A stretch of DNA of 64,000 nucleotides. It comes from Enoplolaimus lenunculus (lineage: Eukaryota). The stretch is from positions 124,001 to 188,000 of the forward strand of contig JASANG010001204.1 in the NCBI GenBank assembly GCA_030248215.1, given 5' to 3'. This document shows positions 54,609 to 64,000 of this stretch, piece by piece (the stretch's first letter is position 1; each line of letters starts with the position of its first letter). Both the position numbers and the translations under genes were made by a program. The notes beneath the pieces are model-generated. The model worked only from the letters and a program-made list of their open reading frames with translations. It made no database searches and was not told where the DNA came from.

Positions 54609-54714
54609 ATGAACACATTAATTATTTTTAAGGTATTAATTTTACCGCACCTATGCTTTACTTGTTATGGCTTGATTGGCGCATTGAATCCTGAAAACTT
54701 ACGGCCAATTATCG
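54609..54714 (+). CDS. GGH: Gamma-glutamyl hydrolase copy 1, exon 1 (signal peptide-like N-terminus)
   Basis: MNTLIIFKVLILPHLCFTCYGLIGALNPENLRPII-G, donor G|gtaatt. RPIIG is the GGH N-terminal motif, and the exon aligns with paralog exon 62989-63091. Confidence 0.9.
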
Positions 54715-55927
54715 GTAATTATATTGCGTTGATGAATAATTTCTGAAGAAAACTTCTTGAAAAGAAACATTTCTTGCTCGTCAGAATGGTTAAAAAAGTA
54801 AAACGAAACTGAGTGATGCTTAAAATTTTTCTTGATTTAAAAAATTTCACAAAAATCAAATCTTATATTTTAGCAAGATTTATTTACGACAATGTTACTG
54901 ATAACATTGTTGATCTATGTAAGAGAAAGTTTAAATTAATCGGTCAAGTGTCACACCGGGATAAAGATACACAACACCTTGATTAAATATCTTTAGTTTA
55001 ATAGTAAAAACTTCTGCAATAATTGAGTAGCATAACCCTCACGAAAAATTGACCCTTGTATCAATCCAACCAAATGTTACAGCATTCATGGCTAGGAGCT
55101 GTTTACTGAACGTGCTAAATATAGTGCCCTTGGTAGATGACGTCATCGAGATATTGTCATTCAATACACTTGCAGATGCCTATGTGGACACTATGAAATT
55201 GACAGAAATTAACACTTCTCAAAGTTGTTTGTGCTTGTTACGTTTTAATTCTTTGCGTTAATGTCCGTAATACTAGTGTTCAGCGGTGTGGGCTCCATAC
55301 CAAAATCCTGACTACGCTAATGTATGTGTCAATATAGGATTTCGCAGTAAAAAATTTTCATGAACGTAAAATAGCTTCATCGTCTGTTCCTTAAATTATG
55401 AGCTGTAGAGTGGTTTGCTATGGTTTGAAAGTAAACTATTTTTGCATAGAATAATTTTATTACAGTGCTGCAGTGCTGTGTAAAAATGACCCGGGGGTCT
55501 CTTTTTAATGAGGTTATTTTTTCAGACAACAGTACTATGAAAATCGGGCCACCATGAAAAAGTGTCCGGGGGTCATTTTTCGGGGTATTTTTTATGCCAC
55601 ACCGGCCTATCCCCAGTTCCACTGAAAATAATTGAAATTTTTTATAAATCTTGAAAATAATTTGTTTGAAACTAAATTTTTAAGCAAATTAGAGACCAAC
55701 TCGCCAAACTCGTCTAAAGTATTTGCATTTTGTAGGGCATGCATTTGGTTGGATTTTTCAGGAGGTAAAAATATACGTTGGAGTTTTGCGGAGGTAAAAC
55801 GGTCCTATTTGGATTTGTCGTGAGAGGAAATACAGCTGTTACACCGGATCTTATTACTTTTAGTAATTTTATATGGATCGACATAGCATATAAATAGAAC
55901 AGAAAATTATAAAATTATATTTTTTAG

Positions 55928-56046
55928 GAATTCTATCTGTCGATGCTGATTTGCCGTATGAATCAGTCCTTCATGCGTCTTACGTCAAAATGGTTGAAGC
56001 TGGAGGTGCTCAAGTGGTTCCTATTTTGCTTGATTGGACTGAAGAG
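55928..56046 (+). CDS. GGH: GGH copy 1, exon 2
   Basis: ttttag|GA ... GAG|gtattt. GILSVDADLPYESVLHASYVKMVEAGGAQVVPILLDWTEE contains the ASYVK..E..GA.VVP motif. Confidence 0.93.
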
Positions 56047-56328
56047 GTATTTGAAATTTTGGAAAAGTTTTCTACGAAACAAAGGTTTCAAATCCAGTTT
56101 TATACTTCAGTTTAAATCTTAGTGTGTTGATTTTAATTTAGAATAAATTAAATGCATTTAGTCTAAGTTAGGACTATCAGAACCCAGAATTCTGAGTTGA
56201 TTCAACTGATTCTCAGTTAAACGCATAGTTTATTTAATGTTTACTGCTATATATAATCTCAGAACAAGAAGTTTCGGCAACGTAAACAAAAATTGGCAAT
56301 ATACAGTTTTAGTTTTGGGTATTTTCAG

Positions 56329-56380
56329 GAGCATAAATTAGTGTTTTCTTACATCAATGGAATACTTATACCAGGAGGAC
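56329..56380 (+). CDS. GGH: GGH copy 1, exon 3
   Basis: tttcag|GAG ... C|gtaagt. EHKLVFSYINGILIPGG is the class I glutamine amidotransferase oxyanion strand. Confidence 0.93.
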
Positions 56381-56738
56381 GTAAGTGCTTTTTTGCGTTA
56401 TGGAAAAATTACTGTTCGAAAGACATTTGACTGAAGCCAACTTCAATGAAACACGTAACAATCTCTATACAGCTTTCTATTTATATATACTGCGAACTAT
56501 TTGCAGTTTCAAAGGTTTATATAAAGGACATGTATTTTCAAATTCGTGCAGCACCTATTATCTAGCAAATTAAACATTGTTTTAAGAACACAATTTCAAC
56601 TGATCTCTGGCTCCAGACAATTAATTATAGTGAATAATAATTGTTTAGCAGATATATACTAAAATTGGAAGACGTGCTTAGTAGGGTCTCAAAAACGCAG
56701 CCGCTGTCTATTAATCCTTAACATTTTTGCTTTTATAG

Positions 56739-56849
56739 CTGGAAGCCCAACGACAGACAAAGTAACTAAAGTCGCAAACATCTATTGGAACCTTGCGATT
56801 GAAGCAAACAACAACAAAGACTATTTTCCATTATGGGGCACATGCCTAG
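56739..56849 (+). CDS. GGH: GGH copy 1, exon 4 (catalytic Cys)
   Basis: ttatag|CT ... G|gtaatc; ...AIEANNNKDYFPLWGTCLG. Confidence 0.95.
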
Positions 56850-57289
56850 GTAATCTCAACACTGATTTTTATTTCATTCTCAAGACAATTAAAAATCAAA
56901 TTCCAGACACCAACAAGATTCTTGCACTGTCCTTCTGACGATTTTCGAAATTTTCAAATTTTAGCTTAACTGAGGCTTTTAAATAGGATTGAGTTTACGC
57001 TCAGGCTTAGACTCAGACCTTAAGGTTGCGAAGTGTATAAAAACCAATGAACAGTCCAGGCATAGAAGGAAACTGCCTTAATATAACAAAAACATTAATT
57101 CGTCAATGTTTTAAAATATTAAGTGTCTGTCCTTTGCAAGATGTCGGGACCGTGAAACGGCCTTATCTGCAAACAATTGTAAGGAAGTCCAAACTGGGGG
57201 ACGGACCCGTGTTTGAGTCCTGGCATTGACTAAATTATGCTTATAAACCTCAATAATTTTTTTATAAAAATAATTTTACTTCTTTGCAG

Positions 57290-57586
57290 GTTTTGAAATT
57301 ATGGCCTATCTTGGAGCGAACAAATCCGATATATTTTCAAATTGCACCGGCGCATACAATCAACTGCTTCCTATCAGACCTTCAGCTCAGTTTAACTCAA
57401 GTCGGTTATTTGGCAGCATGCCAGTTGAGCTTCAAAACGCCCTGATATACGATCCAATAGAACCAAATTTTCATCACTTTTGTCTTTCACCCGAGTCATT
57501 TGATCGTAACAATTTAACACGGATGTTCAAGTCACTTGCAACGTCAAAGGTGCCAGATGAAACACAGTTTATCGCTGCTATTGAAG
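57290..57586 (+). CDS. GGH: GGH copy 1, exon 5
   Basis: ttgcag|GT ... G|gtaaaa; FEIMAYL...SRLF...NFHHFCLS...FIAAIE; overlaps ORF 57301..57600. Confidence 0.95.
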
Positions 57587-57887
57587 GTAAAATTATTTAA
57601 GTTCAGTTAGGGGATAGGGGCGTACCACGGAATACAGGAACCCGAATCCTTATAATGTTGTATATAGTCAACCATCTGTGCCAGGGACCGAAGGTCCCGA
57701 GCATATATTCAAATTAAGCACTTGGAACACTATTAACATTTCTAGCCACTTCAACCATAACAACAACAACAACACAACTTGGAACAGAGCAATTTTTTTA
57801 TAATTTTATACAGCGGGCCATGTTACTTTTACATGCGTTGCGTTTTTGCACGGACTCGAAGGGTAGCGCTGTACGTTTGATGACGTC

Positions 57888-58078
57888 CGGCGCCGTCCGT
57901 CAACCCGTACGGTGCCGTTCGACACTTTCCGTCACCCGTACGGCGTCGACCGTCACCGTGTGTCACTGCCTAGTATCGTACGCGAATTACTCACGTACCA
58001 TACCGTATGGTGACAGACTGCGACGCACGGCGCCGTACGGGTGATGGACGGTGCCGAATGGGTGACGGAAGGCGCCGT
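57888..58078. repeat. GC-rich foldback element in GGH intron 5
   Basis: Arms built from CCGTCACCCGTACGGCGCCG-like units in inverted orientation; similar motifs near 8970-9000 and 62180-62295. Confidence 0.65.
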
Positions 58079-58204
58079 AGGACAAGTATATCGTAACCCT
58101 CATATGCCATGTGCGCTTGACTATTTTTGCTTACGCTTCGTCTTAGGAATATGCATCATAGGCCACTGTTTACAGTCAACAGGAGTGTTTTCTGACCATT
58201 ATAG

Positions 58205-58509
58205 CGATCAATTATCCGTTCTACGCAGTACAATGGCACCCAGAGAAGAATGTGTACGAATGGAGCCGACAAATAAATGTAAACCGATCCGATACAGCAA
58301 ACGCAGTTACTGCGTATTTTGGACGATTTTTAGTCAAAGAAGCAATGAAATCACGTCATAACTTTCCAAACACAACAATCGAAGACAAATATTTAATTTA
58401 CAATTATTGTCCGCAATTTTCGGGTCGTAACGGTGGTGATGTAACACAGAACTATGTGTTTTTTCAGTCAAATTTGGCGTCAGCAGCACAAAATTGTCGC
58501 CAAGGATAA
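58205..58509 (+). CDS. GGH: GGH copy 1, exon 6 (catalytic His/Glu, stop)
   Basis: tatag|CG; INYPFYAVQWHPEKNVYEW...EAMKSRHNF...LIYNY...RQG-TAA. The six exons sum to 990 nt (329 aa plus stop) with consistent phases. Confidence 0.95.
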
Positions 58510-61500
58510 AGTAGAAAACAAATGCGGAGTAAGAGCTGCAATACGGTGGGACGAGGGCGGGCGCTGCCCTCACTACGAAGTGATCCGCCCACCCTGGTCG
58601 AAATTTTTTCCACTCGCAGACTTTTCTCATATTTAAAATGAAGGTTCACGCTCAATCTTAGGCTTGGTTAAGTGATCAGGTAAAAGCTTAGCTTTCGGCA
58701 AATGTATACCCTATCCTAAACCTAAGGCTAAGCCTAAGTGCGCGGGAAAATGCGCAAGAGAACAATATATTAGTCAATTTTCATTAATTCATAACAGTTT
58801 GCAGACATTATTTTACTCTCTCTGGATTAACTGCATGACAAATCAAAATTGCTTCTTCTGCCATTCTCTGGTCGGAACAGTAAAAAAGATGATCTATCTA
58901 AAATAATGGTTCATGTAAATTTTACCTCCCAGCATTTAAAGTTTTACACTCAGACTCAGGTTTAGGTTTTAGGCTAAATATTAGGCAAGGGCTTAGGCTT
59001 AAACTTTAGATGCATAAGCCTTTTGCTAGCCTAGCACTGATTCCTATACATAAAACAGTTTTCTGCGGAACTGCGACAAAATAAGCTTATAGCTTTAAAC
59101 TAATTGTTTTTCTCAGGCTTACGCTTTCGTTTAAGCTCAATTTTACGCTTATGCTTGAGCTCAGGTTTAAGCTTAAGTTTGCAAATATGTGTATTACTGT
59201 TACGACCCTGTTGTAAACATTGGCCGAACAACCTAACACCAAAATGTAAATATAGTCTTGATTTGTGTAAATTTTTAAGAAAGCTTACAGCAATTGAACG
59301 GTCTTAAAGTTTATATGAGAAAAGTTTTATCCATCGTAAGAACTTTTATGAGTTTTCACGATTGCAGTTTTGAAATAAATAAATTTCAAGAAAATCAACC
59401 CGTATCACTTTTCAAGAATTGTAGCCACATGTTTAGCATCTTAATTCTTGTTCACAGTGTATTCGAAGAATACACTTATGCACAAAATAAGTTTTCAGTT
59501 CCCAAAAATGGCAAACAAAGACGCGTAATTTTAGATTTCTGGTTGCTAATTTTTCACTGGCGTTAAAGAATCGACCTTCTGAAACCGTTTCTGCGATTGA
59601 GTTTTCGCCGTTAGAACTCTGTCTTTCGAGCGGCGCAAATGCTGCGGTGGCAGCCGTCCAGGAACATGGCTGTCTGTCGCGTCAGCCGACACTTGTAGAA
59701 AAACATAATGGTACCGCTGACACAAGTAAATACCCTCCAAAACTAAAGTTTGGTGTTGTTTAAAAAATTTAATGCAAAAATTGAGCTGTCTTCGCTCACA
59801 GTTCCGTCTCGAAGATTTCAACTTCTCTTTCGGCCGTTTGAGTTTGAGTTTAAGACTATGACAATGACACATTTTGTCAGAAATCGTTCCCATGTATCTG
59901 TGAGGTATTTTATCGTCGATTGGTTTGCGTATTAAAAATTTAATAAGAAAATATTAGTAGAACTGAACCCCAAATTAACGCCAGTTTATACTTCAAAATC
60001 ATTTGCGTCAACATAGATTTCAACAGCAAAAAATCTCTGTTTCAAAAGCTGAATGCTTAAACGCACCACTGTACGTATTTTGGGCAGCGTTCCAACAGAT
60101 TTTTATTCACGTTAAGCATGCAAATTAAAACGGTATGCGTTAAGAATACCTATCGTTTTTGATGTGTTTTATACATCTGTAAAGCACTACAGCTTTTAAA
60201 AAGCAATTATTTAAATTTTGTTCACTGGGGCCCAGGCATCAGTTTAATCTAGAGCGCGAGAAGCCTTAGTCCAGTTGTACATGTGTGCAACTACGTCAAC
60301 TAGTAAATATTAAATACCTGTTGAGAATCGCCAGGTTTTTTCTACAGATTGCCATTTTAGGTAACTTTTTAAAATCAAAATACATTTGATATATTATAGG
60401 TTCAAATTTGTGAGTTATGGCGGATTGTAGTATATTTTAAATTATTTTAATGGAGGTGATGATGGGTAAGATGGTGCGGTTAGAGGTTTGTTTATGTTCA
60501 CAGATAAGCCTATATGCCTGATGGTGGTTCGATGAGCCAACATAGCCCGATATGCAATCCGACGCATATTGGTAAACAATGTTTCGAATGAAAAAAACGG
60601 AAAGTATATACTGCTTTCAGAGTTGATGAATTGGGAAATGTGTTTTTGGCTTCAAGAACCATTCTGATTTTAATATTAAACTTTTCGAACCAAAATATTA
60701 CGGGTTTGTTGAGATCTGATTTCAGGCTGTTTGAACGTGAGCCAAGATACGGTTGTTTTGAAAAACAGATTGGGGGCGGGGTGGTATTTACATGGTTTTG
60801 GCGGTTGTTCATGCTTGCCGCAGCTTGGTCTCAGTGTGTGGTTGCTTGCGTCGTGGTATGATCACCAGTGGACGTTGAGAAGTTTAAAGTACTTTGAGTC
60901 GAATTGATGCCTCCGCCAAAAAGAACCATTCAATTCTTTTTTAAATCTGCATATAAAACATTTTTTGTCATATATTGAAGATATATTGTATGTAAGAAAT
61001 GTAAGACAATTATGTCTTAATACAGACCGACATATACGTCTTAAATTCAAGACAGTTATTTTTTTAATTTTTCTGAAATATGGGTCTATAATTTTTCAAG
61101 CTTAAAAGTCTGAAATTTAAGACTTCGTTTCATGAACAACTAAAACATATTTCTGAAATATAAGACAAATATGTCTGACATACACGCAAATGTTTTCCAG
61201 GAAAAGGACTCCAAAATTCGGGCTAAAGCTCAACGAAATACCGTAATTTTACAACCTAAGATACGTCCAAGACGTAAACGTGGGTTGGGAGGAGTCTGAG
61301 CTCAACCCAAAATTTGAAATTTGATAATTTATATACTCTCCTAAGACTATAAACTGAGCAAGTTTTTTACATATATAAAAATCAGCAAATTGGTATTAAG
61401 TATTCCTTGAAAGTAAGAAATTTATGTCTTATAAATTTTCAACGGTATTTTTTATAAAACAGATTTATGTTTTAACCATTTTAGACACAATTTATGAACT

Positions 61501-62988
61501 GTTTAAGGCTATTAATGTCTAAAATACCAGACATATATGTTTTGAACAATTAAGAAAATAGCAGTCTTGAAATTTCAACAAAACATATTCTGTGTGTTAA
61601 ACTACATATACTATATTCTGCACAATTCGCAAATTTAAACCAAAATTTTATATGTAATATATAATATATAATATCCAATATTTGTTTTTGGTAATTGAAA
61701 ATCAGGATCATAAAAATCTGTTCGCCGAAGGGTGCGTTAAAATGATGAATTTTTTGTTGTTTGAGACTGTGTTTTTTCAAATCTTTAGTGAAACATTAAG
61801 CTTAAACGCTCAGATTGCACTTTGGTGATAACACTGTTTTAAAGGGTATTTTAAACGATTTATAGTTTTATTATCAGCGATCACACAACAGACGATTAAC
61901 GTCACTTTTTAATTAAATAATTAATAAGACTTGTCGAGCTAAGCGAAGCCACCATCTGATTTGCTGCATGCTTATCACAGCATTATTTATAGGTCTTCGT
62001 CATCGAAACGGTAGGAAAATTCCTCTAACGCGATTCGCCCCAAAATAGTTCATCCCTGGGAAATTTTGTCCCCGGCAAAGCTATGTCTATGAACATTCGT
62101 CTCCGATAAAGAAAGTTTAGTATAAACAGTGTAAAAATTCTCGAGCCCAAAAAGCTTCGATTCCAGCTATAGAGGTCGTTTGTACGTCGCCGTCCGTCAT
62201 CGAATGGCATCGAACGCGAGTGCTTCGTTCGTATATGATAATGCGCGGTGACGGAAGGTGATGAGCGGTAACGCATGGTGAAGTACAGGTACGACGACAA
62301 TAAAGAATTGTTAAATGAATATCTTCGCCCTAAGCTGTTCTTCAGTGTACACCTTCGAAACCTTTAGCGACTGGAAAAAATTAAACTGAATTGAGCGACC
62401 GCCTCTTGCACCAGTTTTGATTTCGATTCCGAATTCGATGACAAAAATTAAATTGCAATTCCGATTGAATTTTACTGGAGTTTAACAAACTACCATATAG
62501 TTTTTTAAGGAAATTGTATCACTTTGCCAGTTTGACTATGGAAAAGTCAAAAAACACTGAAAGTAAAATTTTTTAATAATCGAATTAAGATAAATTATAA
62601 CGACAGCTCTTTAGGGTACATCGTCAACCCTATTATTGTTCTTTAAATTTTGTTTCGTTTTTACCATTCTCATGGCTTCTTTGCAACTGCGGGTGGGCAG
62701 GCAAAAGTTATGCGACGCTATTTTTAATGTAATACAATATATGTGCCAGTTTGCTGACTGGAAAAATTATAAAGCAAGCTATTTTATCACAAAAAATTTA
62801 TGACGGAGTTTGTGTACGACGTATTCAACTCCCTGTTGATCTGATAGTGCTTGTTTGAATAGATATTAATTTAACTTGATAGTATCCAATTGGTCGTGGT
62901 AAACAGAATGGAAAAACAGTGCTTTGTGATTGATTTTTACAGGATTAGCACAGAAAAGCCAAACTGTTTATTAAACAACGGTTGCAGC

Positions 62989-63091
62989 ATGAGTTCCATA
63001 ATACTTATTAAACTGATAATTATACAGCTGTATTTTACTTGTTATGGTTCAATCGACGCACTGAGTTCAGAAAATTTAAGACCAATTGTAG
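62989..63091 (+). CDS. GGH: GGH copy 2 (tandem paralog), exon 1
   Basis: MSSIILIKLIIIQLYFTCYGSIDALSSENLRPIV-G, donor G|gtaatt; homologous to 54609-54714. Confidence 0.88.
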
Positions 63092-63907
63092 GTAATTACA
63101 TATTAATATTAAACTGGAATTTGAACCTAAAGAGGTAATTTAATACAGCCGAATTGGTGCGAAGCAAATCTCGCGTTACTGTAATTGTTTTGTTTACTAA
63201 CGAAATTCTTGCGCATTGGAAAACGTGAGGACGATTTTTCCAATAATCAGGCGGGGTGACCTGAAAGTCTTCAAAAATGCCATATTCAAATATTGCCAGT
63301 TATTGATAGGCGTGAATGTTTAAGATATAGATTAACGCAACAAATCCACTCCAAATAAATAATCAAATATAGATTAGCAATCATTCAGTTGTTTCAGAAT
63401 TTTTTATTACGAAGCATACTTAACATAAATACTTTTGCAATAAGCTAGTATTATCTTTAAATTTGTTTTAATTGCACAGCAAACAGGGTCAAATTGAATA
63501 TCGGTTTCAGGCATAAATCGATCTTCGCTTCCGCCTTATAGAAATACCGCAAATTCCGTTCACGTTTAAATTCATAGTTAATTGTAAATCGCTTTAAAAC
63601 CAGTTAGTTTTTCATTATATATTCTGCAATTGCCCAATTTTAAACAAAAACGATAAAAATTCATCCAAAAATTGACAATTTTTGGCGTATGCGCTATTTT
63701 TTCCATAGAACGGCAAGTAAATATTTACGTACATATGTCCAATTTTAATTGCAGCAAATTTTGACATCTTTTAAACTTTATATACTTACTTAAAAATTTG
63801 ATCTTTCATTTTCTGTATTTTCATCACTATCCGTTTTCTTTTTCTTAATTTTACTACACCGTGGCCACAAGACTAATAAAAATAAAACACATTTAATTTA
63901 TTTCCAG

Positions 63908-64000
63908 GCATTTTATCTGTTGATGCTGATCCGCCGTATGAATCAAGTATTCCTTCGTCTTACGTGAAAATGATTGAAGCCGGTGGTGCTCAAGTGGTTC
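63908..64000 (+). CDS. GGH: GGH copy 2, exon 2 (cut by window edge)
   Basis: ttccag|GC; GILSVDADPPYESSIPSSYVKMIEAGGAQVV. Confidence 0.9.

Overview
This is AT-rich, intron-containing animal genomic DNA. An invertebrate chordate such as an ascidian is my guess, not something the sequence demonstrates. Most ORF-track entries are spurious. Two real loci lie head to head about 19 kb apart. (1) On the minus strand is the 5' half of an AP-2/TFAP2 transcription factor gene. It has two apparent alternative first coding exons (35113-35361 and 16409-16711), followed by exons 9157-9384 (ERRD...YFPPPY PY motif), 8164-8799 and 7208-7295 (QTGVIRK|G). I found no DNA-binding or helix-span-helix exons, so they presumably lie left of the window. 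(2) On the plus strand is a complete six-exon gamma-glutamyl hydrolase gene (54609-58509, 329 aa, catalytic WGTCLG and QWHPEK intact). A tandem paralog starts at 62989 and runs off the right edge. Introns and intergenic DNA are packed with short non-autonomous DNA transposons, classified here by their ends and target-site duplications (TSDs): TA-flanked, GG-ended with 8-bp TSD (Merlin-like, TTAGGC cores), hAT-like, Harbinger-like and TTAA piggyBac-like. Several local tandem duplications are also present. The most unusual item is a piggyBac-type MITE family carrying a tRNA-derived Pol III A/B-box cassette at constant spacing. I recognised no transposase, CRISPR array or rRNA. All coordinates were read by eye.
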